From positions 40,114,001 through 40,178,000 of the forward strand of contig CM060731.1 of assembly GCA_030704615.1 (NCBI GenBank): a DNA stretch of 64,000 bases, given 5' to 3'. Every line of letters starts with the position of its first letter. The first letter of the stretch is position 1. The notes under the pieces are model-generated. The model saw only the letters and a program-made list of their open reading frames with translations, did no database searches and was not told the DNA's origin. Below are positions 37,767-48,480 of the stretch, piece by piece. Source of the stretch: Takakia lepidozioides (lineage: Eukaryota; Plantae; Bryophyta). The position numbers and the translations under genes are program-made.

Positions 37767-40700
37767 TTAAATCGAAGTACTTGAGTTGACCTCAACAATA
37801 TGTCCTTGGTCTGGAACTCGCTCGCACGACTCGTTTTCTGACTGACGATTAGCCTCCTCCAAATTAGCGTGCGACTTCACTGCTTCGGCGGCAGTAATTC
37901 TCTTAGTGCTATTCCTTGTCGTATTTTTTCGTGAAGGCATTGTCCACACAACATTGTTCACGTGGATCCATTGAGAAGGATCTGACGAGTTATACTCCCA
38001 AAGTTTTGACCAACAGTCCCTGTACCTTTCCAAGTCTGTTGGATTACCACCTTTTCTTGGTCTCCACCACTCCACCTTCACCTTCTTAAAATTAGGATCC
38101 TCCCTTTCGCGGATCACGTCAAATATCCCCCATCCAGACCGGGCACATACTTGGGTCATAAGGGCGAACGAGCACAAAAAAACCCTTTCTCAATATCCTT
38201 GAACGGATTCAGGGATATTCTTGGTCGCTCACACCTGGGGCACAGTAAGGTTCTAGGATTTCATCCTCTTCTTTCATATCTGGCAATAGATGTGGATGGA
38301 TTCCATCTCTGTGATGATTCTTGGACCAATTTGTTTTCGGCCAGAATCCCTCAAGAAGCTGAATACGGTCGGGAGCTTTTGGAATTGGCTTATCCAGCTC
38401 GGCGAGAATGTTTCCCCAGTACTGGTCGTATTGTTCCATTCGACCTCTGTAATGATCGTCAAGCATCATTCCTTTCGTCCAAAAATCCCTGTATTTTTTA
38501 TTCCATTATTAATGAATGATTGTTTTTCAGATGAGTCGTCCCCGACTCCCCAGATAGGTCTCATTGGAACGACGTATGGGTCTCCTTCAGGGAGCTTCGG
38601 AGTCCCGTCAGGATTGGACTTCCACATCTTCACGCTATTGTTTGTTGGAAGCCAATCCGAATCAGTAGCGGACTTCTAGTACTTCATGACGGGTCAGCCC
38701 TCCGCATCCTTGAAAAAACGGAAGACGTGCATCTCCAAAATCCCGACCAACGCCTCATTTCCATCCAGAATACAACCCTTGACAAAATTCTTGAAGTCGG
38801 GAACCTCCTGAATAATCTGTGGAATGAACTGCAGATCTTGCGAGGTCATAAAAGACCTCATCAAATCCGAAAGAATGTAGGTGCTTCGTTCCTTCAGCTT
38901 CTTCGAAATGTAGCTGAAGAACCCGTCGATGTCCTCATGGGTGTGTCCGACCATTAGGAACCCTAGCTGGATTTCTTCAAAAACATATTTGGCGGTCAGG
39001 AGGGATAGAAAACCAAGCATCCATCTGTTCTTATTGTCCTTCGCAGAGTTGTCCATTTGCAAGTACAGTCTTCTCGGAAGTGGACGAGCACCAGGTTTGT
39101 CTTCCGGCCTGCAGGGTTTAAGAGCATCCAAACATCTCGATTTACCTCTTAAAAGTGATTCGAAGAACTCGTTTTGAAGTCAGTAATCAAAAATGTTCCT
39201 GGACTCGCGACAGGTTGACTTCTCCAGCTGGCGCAGGCAACGTGCCAAAGAACCAATTGTAAAGTTTGAATTTCCCTTCCAGAACTCAAGAGAATACTGA
39301 CCGTAAGCTCCATCACCGTGTCTGTGCGTGACCATTCCCGTTAGTGAAACTGGAAGCTGACCCAATCCAGAAATCATCTTATTTGGAGTCTGTAGCCTTG
39401 GAATAGTTGTTTTCCTATGATCCATTTTGTCGTGAATAATACAGAGAAACTCCTCCGGAATCATAACAGACTCATTCCTCCAGCTATGGTACAGTCTTCT
39501 GCACGACTCTTGGTGCCTCAAATGTTTATCAAGCGCTCGTTTATGTGTCACCTGTTCCGCACTTCTCTTGACAGACTTTCTGACCAGGTCCTTGAACATC
39601 TCACACTTCGTGCACTTCGCAAATGTACTCCTAGTTTTACGAACCTCCACGTTAGGAAAAATCCGACTCCGGATGCGGCTAACAGCCGACTGCGAGACTC
39701 CTTCCAACCCGAAAAGTCTGTTGGTCTGTTACAATAAGGCATGGTCAGGAAAGGAACGTCCACTGGACAGTGGAGGTTCATGAAGCTAGAACCACAGTCA
39801 AAAGAGACAAAATCGAAGGGAGGATCATCCACATTGAATCAGAAAAAATATTCCAGGAAAGAAATTGAAGAATGGAGATTTCATACCTTGTTGGACTCGT
39901 CTCGTATTCGCTTCCAGTTCATTTCAGGTGGTAAGACTCTCAAAGTATCCCTCCTTCCCTCCCCAATGCATCTTGTCTTATGGGGCATGAGGTCAGTATT
40001 TCCGTTGACAATAGACATAATGTTACCCTATGCCTGAAGTGTCATTGGGCGTGGCCTCTTCACTCCACGGTTCCCATGGAGACTTGACAACCAACCCTGT
40101 TACTCAACTTTTTGTACTCCATGTATGTGGACCTGCCAATTCCATGAATTGTCCACCAAGCAGTCTCACATACATCCACACCATCAATCGTAACGTATGC
40201 CCTGTGAGAGGTCCCTTCCACCATGTGAAGTCGTTTCGAAACATTCAGTCCATACCAGAACTGGACTGCCTGAGCTTCAGTAACCCCTTGGGTCACACTT
40301 ATCAAGCGCCACTCCGATAGTATAGCACTTTGGCTGCATGGTGGTGGGCTGACTTCCTACCTATGCCGGGTAGACCCCACTATCAGGAAATGGTGGATGG
40401 TCTGAGTAGCTACACAGATCAATGAATGAAGCAAGACACTAACATCTTTCCAAGAAAACATCCTGACAGCAGTGAAGTCTGCAGCAAGGTTTGCTGCTCA
40501 CGGACCGGACTTCCTTCAAAATAAAGATTCTTCATTCTTTTTTTGGAGTGTTCCAAATCTCGATCCCTCTTCTTTCTCGTAAAATGCCGATACGCCCCTT
40601 TCTTCACACCTGCCTCGTGATCTTCGTACAAGATACTGTCAAAGGATCTAATAAAATTCTCCAGATCATTTGAGAGTAGTTTCCCACTTTCCAAAAGTCG

Positions 40701-41351
40701 TGTTTTTGTTAAAGGCCATTTTACAATAGACATCAAACATCCAGAACCTCCAGAAAGTATTCTGGTGACAAGAACTCCAACATCGTCCTCTCCCAGTTTG
40801 TCATTGAGGATCACCTCGTCCGGAATGCAGGCTTGAATCCTCCCCTCGAATAGTGCACCCCCATCATTACCCAACAGTACGCACTGCAAGTTTCTCCAAT
40901 TGATTCTTCCGAGTCCTCCACTCGGATTCCCGGAACTCTTCGATGGTCTGTGGTTTGATTCATCCTCATCGTCGTCAGAATTCTCGGAAGTATCTCTTGT
41001 CTCCGGCATAAAATCAGGATTCATGTCAGGCCCTCCTTGATACTCGTTATTCTCCGCAAGAACTTCGCCAACATTCCACATCACCGGGGTCCCAATGGCC
41101 TCCTTCAAGGTGTCAACATCCATATGTCCATAAGGAAGAGGACATAATGAGTGTGCTTCATCACAGGAGATGAGAACTACTGAAATGGTTGAGGAAGATA
41201 ATTGTTGTCCATGACATGTCCCAACCTCGGAGACATTAAGGTAGTCCCCAGTGGCTACTGCAGATGAGGACCTGGGAAGAGTAAGAAACACTCTTTGACC
41301 CGTCTCTAAAATCATGATCACCGGAACCTCCACTGCACACGCGAGGTTCAA
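37767..41351 (-). pseudogene. DDE transposase (DUF7869/Sola-like core) with two N-terminal Tnp1/En-Spm-like domains; frameshifted; intron 39886-39726
   Basis: Core: IDGVDVCETAWWTIHGI, FAKCTKCE, CIIHDKMD, LYLQMDNSAKDNKN, FLMVGHTHEDIDGFFS. N-terminal: VATG..CHGQQL..LPY..TLKEAIGTPVMW. Confidence 0.88.
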
Positions 41352-43764
41352 GAAACTGGAAACCCCTCTGTGACGACCTTACTGACAGTAATAAGCAGTA
41401 TGAGTGAAGACTCTATTTCAGAGATGAATCAATTCAATAAAAGGAAATACACTCGTGTATGAACGTTTCAGAGAAGTAGAATAGAAATGGAATTGTTGTT
41501 TGGTCTAGATCATGTCATTTGAAGATTGTGTCTAATTATATAACCTCCACTGTACAGTGGAGGTTAGATGAGATACAGATGAAAAAGTCGGACGGATGAA
41601 TATTAGTGGATGAACATGATTACGTGGATGAATAATTGTAATGACGGATGGATGTGAGCATTGTCGCGACTGTCCAGTGGAGGTCCACGACTTCAGGTAT
41701 AACGAAATACAGAAATCGGAGAGAATTGGACTGTAATTTCTAAACATGCAGATGACAAATAAGTAGATTTTCCTCTAGAGTATAAAAAACACATAGATGT
41801 CTTAACATTTTCTACGGGTGAAAATGCAGTTCACACGAGAGATTATGGAAATTCAGAGAGTTACACCTGCGATGGCCGCAGAGGTACTGGATGCTCAGAG
41901 AGGTGCAGTATGGGAAGCGAGGTGGGAGATGACCAGAGAGGTGCGGGAAACACAATCTGCAAGTGAGAGGTATGGAGATAGAAGTTTGAACAGTTTGCAC
42001 TCAGACCTTATATAGAGGTGGAAACCAGGTTGCCCGCTGGAACTCCTCCAATGGGATAGTGCGATACATTGTCTCCTGGATCGATTTCCGTCGCCGTTGA
42101 TATCCGGTATGGCCACAATCGAACGGTTCTGGATGGTGCAGGAGTGCACTCTTTGACCGATTTCAGAAAAGAGTGTCATTTACTGGTAGATCCCTACGTA
42201 ACAATTATGATGCCAGAAAGATAACGGCCGATAACGGTGGTTCAATGGTCTCGCACTCGTGCTTATAAAGCAGTACGTATTTCGCATTCAATGTTGTCCA
42301 AGTGGATGATGGCCTGACGCCGATGACAAGGTGCAGCTATGACACTCGGCCGAGAATGCAGCAGGCATAAATGAGTGATAGTGGAAATATTCCAAGCCTT
42401 AATCCGCCGAATGTAGACATGGTCAGGAGCAATTATTCCCAGCGGCAAAACGCCGCAAGAGGATCTGACTTGTACATTTCATTTATCGTCACGTGGGGGG
42501 TGTGGGAAATATCCCACGGGGTTATAATTGATGATCCTGTGCAAGGGATCATTAACGTAATATTTTCTCGTTCATTCATCTGTTTTTTCATTTTATCTAG
42601 TCATTCGTAAAATGGATGGATAGAATGGAAATGATGAATTGGATGATATTTGCATGGATGTTGGATGGAACACGCGCGACCGTTCGATTTTGAAAAGACG
42701 CGATGGTTCAGATCCTTTGCGACGGCACCATATAAGGGGTGTGGTCGTTCAGCCCACCCTTTCGCCACTCCATTGTGTATGCGGAAGCGCTGCGGAAGTG
42801 GTAAGACCAAGTAGCGCTAAAAAAGAGAGAGTTTTGAAGAGCGGAGAGCGTGAAGAGCAGAGACTGTGTTGTGCATGGTGCCGTGAGAGCTGAGAGAAGA
42901 GAGCGTGCAGTGGAGGAAAGGAAGCAGACAATGGATTCAAGTGCAGACAGGAGACGGGAAGGAAGTAGAGCGTAAGGGAGAGCGGAGTGGAGCGGTGGAA
43001 GCTTAAGGGTCAGGCGTTTCAGGTCAGCAACAGAGGCACCAAAATGGCTCACGCATCTAGCAGGTAATGTTCTCGTTTACGCATGTGGTTTGATGTCATT
43101 CTCTCTTGCTCGCTTGTCATTCTCTCATTCTCTCTTTGTTCTGTTTGTTGATTTGCTTTTTTTTTTTTTTTGCTGTTGCTTTTGTTGGTCAGCATCGCCC
43201 ACGTCGCTGTTGTTTTGCTTCTCTTCCTCACTCGCTTTCGTTCCAGAGGTTATAGAGCACCATTTGATTCTTGCATGTCATGTTTCGTGAGTGTGTTGTC
43301 TTGTCTGATGCGGAGCATCTCTTTTCAATTCATGTGGTTCCAAAGCTGTTTCAATTAGTTTGAATTGATTAAAGCTGTTTAGGTGTTTCAATGCATTGCT
43401 GCTTCTCTACTGGTGGTTTGTATGGTGGTTTGTATGGTGGTTGGTATGGGTGGTTTGTGGTCCTGGTTTACTGGTGCTGCTGGATTATTAGGGTTATGGA
43501 TTAGGGTTATGGCGGGTTAGGATCATGGTTTTTAGCGATTGTTTTTCCGAATTTCTGATATTTGATAACGGGTTTTTCTTCGGGGCTAGGCAACTCTAGT
43601 AGACTAGTCTCCGTAGACCACTAGACCTCTACTAGACCTCCATAAACTCCGACAGGACAAACCACACGAACCTCGCCTGCCCAGTGGAGGTTCCTGCATG
43701 TTACTATGCCAAGGCACAACATAAGGATGTATTGAGATAGACTCATGTAGGTTCCTCCCCTGCG

Positions 43765-44328
43765 TTGATTTTTTGTTCTGTCAGTTTAAAAAGAACGGGC
43801 GTAGGAGTTCACACGGTGGCCAAAGATGGTTCTGAGACCGTCGTCGACATCTGTAAAAGGCCAATGAGACAGAATCCAGTAAGCATAAACGAAGCAGAAA
43901 ACCAAGATGAATCACTGGTTGTATCGAAAACAAAAACCTTCAAGAAGAGATATGAGAATCAAATATCAGATGTGGGCTCTGACGTGCGAACCTTCATAAA
44001 TCCGGGCACTAACGAATCAATGTTCGAGGGAGTTATTCGACGGGAGACGACGGAGGAAACAGAGGAAGAGAAACATGAAAGTGATGACTGTAATCTTCAG
44101 TCTGATTCAGATAATGACATTTCTGTAGGAGATAGTGAACAGTACCCGGGATCCGTCCTTCCGTCCTCTCCAGGATACAGTCCCTACTCTCCTCAGTATG
44201 CAGTCCTTGTAAATTCTCCAGAATATGTCCCCGCTGATTCTCCAGAATATGTCGGAGATTCTCCGACATATACACCTAGAGAGTACTCCCCTGAAACCTT
44301 GAGGATGATTCGAGAGAGTCTCCTGTAG
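43765..44328 (+). CDS. Acidic cargo protein with RNA Pol II CTD-like Y-S-P repeats
   Basis: C-terminus SSPGYSPYSPQYAVLVNSPEYVPADSPEYVGDSPTYTPREYSPET. Confidence 0.55.
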   Translation: MIFCSVSLKRTGVGVHTVAKDGSETVVDICKRPMRQNPVSINEAENQDESLVVSKTKTFKKRYENQISDVGSDVRTFINPGTNESMFEGVIRRETTEETEEEKHESDDCNLQSDSDNDISVGDSEQYPGSVLPSSPGYSPYSPQYAVLVNSPEYVPADSPEYVGDSPTYTPREYSPETLRMIRESLL

Positions 44329-44605
44329 TTATTGTAGATACAAGAAAATGAAAAGATGAAACTCATCTTACAAAAAAATATGGATTTCTTGTTGAAATTA
44401 TATATTCGTTATAGGAACAATTTTGAGACCGCATGATGTATGGAATGGCGAGACGAGCCTTCTATGAATAAATGTATTATTCTTCTTATAAGTGAAATCG
44501 TTTTCTCCTCCTGAATTGAACTCTTTTATCTGTCAGCTATGAGCGTTGAACCTCCACTGGACAGTGGAGGTTACTGTCCTAGGAATCTTGTATGGTTGTC
44601 ATGAT

Positions 44606-45127
44606 ATGTGTCTGAGGACCGAGGTGGTTTGTTTTGTGGACAACTACATTACCCCGAGGGATTGTATTGTTGGAATGTGCAAACCTATCTGTGGTTCATT
44701 TGTTTCTCGAAAATCTCCGAATTTCAAGAATGATCACCTGGCAATTTTTGAGCTGAACCCGGAGATCACAGAATGGGGCATTTTACCCGTTGGCACACCT
44801 CCGGACCATAAGTTCCGGTTCCAATACAAGATTGGTGCAGAGGTCGCCGAGCTCAAATATGCAGATGTGGTCGACGTAGAGCTGGAGATGGATGTGGAAT
44901 TTCCGATGTTGGTAATGTTCATGATGGAAGATGGTAGATTTCCTAGAACGTTTGGCTTCAAACTGGAGGTACGAATTCTAAGGAAGGCCATGATGAGAGA
45001 GTCCATTCGGGCGGGGTTCACATATTGCGACGAGGGTACTCAATTTTCACGTTTTCATGATCATATGATGTTTCAAGTATTTTTGCGGCACATTTGCGGA
45101 ACTGTTACAGGTGGAGAACATAAATAG
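44606..45127 (+). CDS. Hypothetical cargo protein (globular, possibly PH-like)
   Basis: Open ~173-aa frame with globular composition, preceded by the palindrome at 44549. No family recognised. Confidence 0.4.
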   Translation: MCLRTEVVCFVDNYITPRDCIVGMCKPICGSFVSRKSPNFKNDHLAIFELNPEITEWGILPVGTPPDHKFRFQYKIGAEVAELKYADVVDVELEMDVEFPMLVMFMMEDGRFPRTFGFKLEVRILRKAMMRESIRAGFTYCDEGTQFSRFHDHMMFQVFLRHICGTVTGGEHK

Positions 45128-45263
45128 ATTGGGAAAATAAGAACTGGACAAGCACCTCAGTACCAAACAAGACACATTACAAAAGACCCCATCATGTCGA
45201 ATTTTCGAATGCTGAACCATCCCGCTCGTTCATTGTAGCACCCTCCCTTATGAAGGTTTTTTT

Positions 45264-46478
45264 TGTACTGTCTCCTGATTCGTAATGCGGTCTCCGTTCG
45301 TCACATTAAATCCAAGCTTGAGAATATTTTGGTTCTTTAGCAAAAGAAACGGAAAGCACAATGAATCATTTACCTTCCATTGTCTAGTCTCCGACTTCGT
45401 TGTGTGATCGTTGTACTTTTTGGGCCTCTCCCTCAGCTCGAAGAAATTTCGGGCATGTGCAACTTTCTCCGGAAATGTTGTGTCAAATCTTTGCGCCTTA
45501 TTCGGGTAGTTTATGAGCTTAGATAGCTTCACGAGCCTCATAAGATCCTTTGACCATATAATCTTTGAGGGCCAGTCAGTGTAGTACTTCTTAAGATTGT
45601 CGTCGTCTACGTCTTGCACAAGTTCCTGCGACAGAATTGAATAAGGTCAGAAATGATATCGACCTAACAAGCATATTGTTTAAAGTTCATGAACCTCCAT
45701 TGTCCAGTGGAGGTTCATGTTGTTACAAAAATTGGATTTTGTTGGGAAATTTACCTTGGTAGCAATGATCGTGTGTTGTCCACCGATGACAAAGAATCTG
45801 GAATTTTCCCCCTCCTTCCAGTTTCGAGGTTTCAAACTAGAAACCTCCATAGGCTTCTCGGGGTTTGCGGGAATCCAAATAAACTGGATGTTTGGAGTCG
45901 AACATCCGGAGTTGGTAAAGATGCGCTTTGACTTCGTCTTTGTGCTTCACATTTAGGGGCCTGTACACCATATCTCTGGGAGCAAGCTCCATCATGGAAA
46001 CTTTGACGTCCTGGGTCGCCTCAAACCCAAAAGGAAACATGTCCTTGTAGTCTTGTTCCAGCCTCTCCAGCATCTTCTCACACTTGTCTTTGTCGAATAT
46101 GTCTGCAGCCTTGGGTTTCTTGGTATCTGTCATGAACGCAGGATCCCATCTCCTCTTTTTTTCTTCTTTTCTTTCCCCTGATTACCGGCTTCATTGTCAT
46201 CACCACCGGCGTCAATGGATTTCCGTTTTCCCTTCTTTGGGCTTCGCTCTTGCAGCCTCCTCCTCCCGCGTCTTTGCAATCTCCTTACCCTTTAAGTAAA
46301 GCACATCCAAGAAAATACCCCAAGCCATGCGGAGAACGCTTCCAAAACTTTTCATCCTCATTGGGTTTTTCAAGGATTTTCTAGGTAAACTCTTGGAACT
46401 GTTTTTGGTGGAGAACATGAACAGATTGGATAAATTTGACTTGGAGGAGCACCGCATTCCGAAGCAGGAGACACTACA
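45264..46478. repeat. Inverted repeat pair (45264-45291 / 46451-46478) bracketing the ParB exons
   Basis: TGTACTGTCTCCTGATTCGTAATGCGGT vs rc TGTAGTGTCTCCTGCTTCGGAATGCGGT (25/28 identical). Weaker similarity extends to ~65 bp. Confidence 0.85.
45374..46300 (-). pseudogene. ParB/Srx-like N-terminal exons (inverted relative to the rest of the gene)
   Basis: ELAPRDMVYRPLN...RFFVIGGQHTIIATK | intron 45754-45626 | ELVQD..WPSKIIWSKD..FPEKVAHAR..RQWK, then a phase-0 donor at 45373. Start approximate. Confidence 0.7.
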
Positions 46479-46650
46479 GAAAGAGCTTCAAATTACAAGG
46501 CACAACAAGATGGACGGAGATGAATTCACAATCGAATCATCACTTGGTGTATAGTATAATTGACAAGATAGTTGTGACTATTGTTTCATCTCAAAATTAA
46601 TATCAAATATTGAATGAAATTTCTAACTTTGGCCCTGATATTTTTCGTAG

Positions 46651-48480
46651 GAATTTATGCAAGCATGTCAACTCATACTGGAGATGAGTAGCGTGAAGGA
46701 GGCCATGGTTCTGGTTCTCTGTGACGAAGACGTATGGAACCTGTGGGAGGAGGTTTTCAAACAGTGGGAACAAGAGAAGCTTATTGATATTTTCGGGATT
46801 CAGTGCAAGGGTGAACAACTACCGTTGAATAAAACTGCTATCGTGAAACTACAAGGACTTAATAGCAGGCAGTTGAAAAGAGTGGCGGAGAAAATCCTAA
46901 ACAGAGACAATTGCATTCGGGGAACGAAATTCAAGGGCGCGGAAAAATCGAAAAACACAATGAGCGCGTATATTGACCAAATGGAATGGAAGTCTTAGGG
47001 TGGCCTCGGAGGAGCAAACAGAACCCGGAACCGTATACCAAACAGGAGTGACGTGATGTTAAGAAAAAAAAACAACTTCTACAAAGCTGAGTTTGAAACA
47101 TTTCGAGATAGGCTCGGGAACGACTACATTGTTAGCAAACAGAAGATGAATATGGAGACGCAGCCAATGATTGTTGCCTTCAAGAAATGTGGCTTGTCGT
47201 GCAAGCAGACCTTCGAGGATAACCAGAATGCCCTGGCGATTCTACGCACGAGCTTCAGGTCCCATTACACACAGCTGGGGGGAAACCAGAAATTTTCTGA
47301 TGCCAGATCACGGTTGGGACTTGCACCAAAGAATCGGTTCGACGACATATCCATGGTGTTCGTTAATACAGTTTGTGATGATGACTCTGTTGTCTTCGAG
47401 ACAAAGGACTACTCAAATATCTTGGATGCTTTTGTGGCTCGGCAACTCATGTCCAGTGCTTTTGTGTTTTTCTCCACACAAGAATCATCGGGAAATCTTG
47501 TGTCATACATCCGGAATGGCCCTGGATCAAAATCGTTTATTATCCGACAGGGTTACTACATTCCCGGCGAGTTTGAATCACATTACAAGAGCTGCACGAC
47601 TATATCTCCCGGACGGTCCTCTGCCTCGACTACGTATTTCCGGCAACAGCTGAGGAGATGGTGAATCCGGACGACCACATTCAAACTGTTTTGTTATCGC
47701 CGGACCCAATTAATCCCGTTATCCAAGGACGAGATGTAGACCCGACCTCGTAGGAGATGGAGTGCAGGACTTACAATCATGAGCTGAGGCCGGACACCTA
47801 CGATTACCTGGTTTTTTTTTTTCGCAGGGACGGGATGTCTTGTGTGAACATTTTCGGAGGACTAGCAATGACATACGTTCTTCTTGTAAGCGGATTCTGC
47901 ATCTTGGAATTGTCTATGTTTTCAGTTTTCCGGATTTAACTCTCATATTATTGACGTTGTCGGAAAAGCGTGTTTAACCTGTGTCTGATTGTTCCATTTT
48001 GTTAACCTCCACTGGGCAGTGGAGGTTCATGTAATTGGAGTTGTGGGTGTTTTGGGTATTTGTTATTCTGCAGATTGGTGTATTTGGTAGTTGTCTCAAA
48101 AGAAAGCCTAACCCTATCGATGGTTGGTGTTCGTCGGATTTATTTTGATATCATTGTTTGGTTTCATTGCAGGAAAGAAATATTCGTGTGCTCGACATAA
48201 ACTTTGTAACAAAAAAGAAATTTTGTAGAAGCAAGGTGGAGCCCTATTTCATGACCCTCCAGATTGACAATCAGACTATCGCAAGAGACGGAGATGACGG
48301 TGACTCACTGCAGGATGACGAAGTGGACGAAGAAGATGATGACGAAGGAGACGACAAGGATTAGGACGAGGAAATGGAGGAGAAACAAGAAGAGGACGAC
48401 GAGGAGGAAAAAGACGAAGATGAGAACATGGAAACGGAGTCCAGGGGCAGATGCAGCTAAGAGAAAGAGAAAGAGAGGGC
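46651..48480 (+). pseudogene. 3' exons of the ParB-like gene, including a highly degenerate amino-MTase-like domain and acidic tail
   Basis: Phase-0 acceptor at 46650 (branch CTAAC at 46623). EFMQACQLILE..VWNLWEEVF; ISMVFVNT; ELRPDTYDYLVFFFRRDGMSCVNIFGG..|ERNIRVLDI (resembles motif I). Intron 47886-48172. Confidence 0.5.

Noticed and set aside
45015-45105. Possible alternative minus-strand acceptor exon (FRKCAAKILE...) for the flipped ParB exons, which would make a shufflon
   Set aside because: It stops after ~27 codons and overlaps a more convincing plus-strand ORF; probably coincidental.
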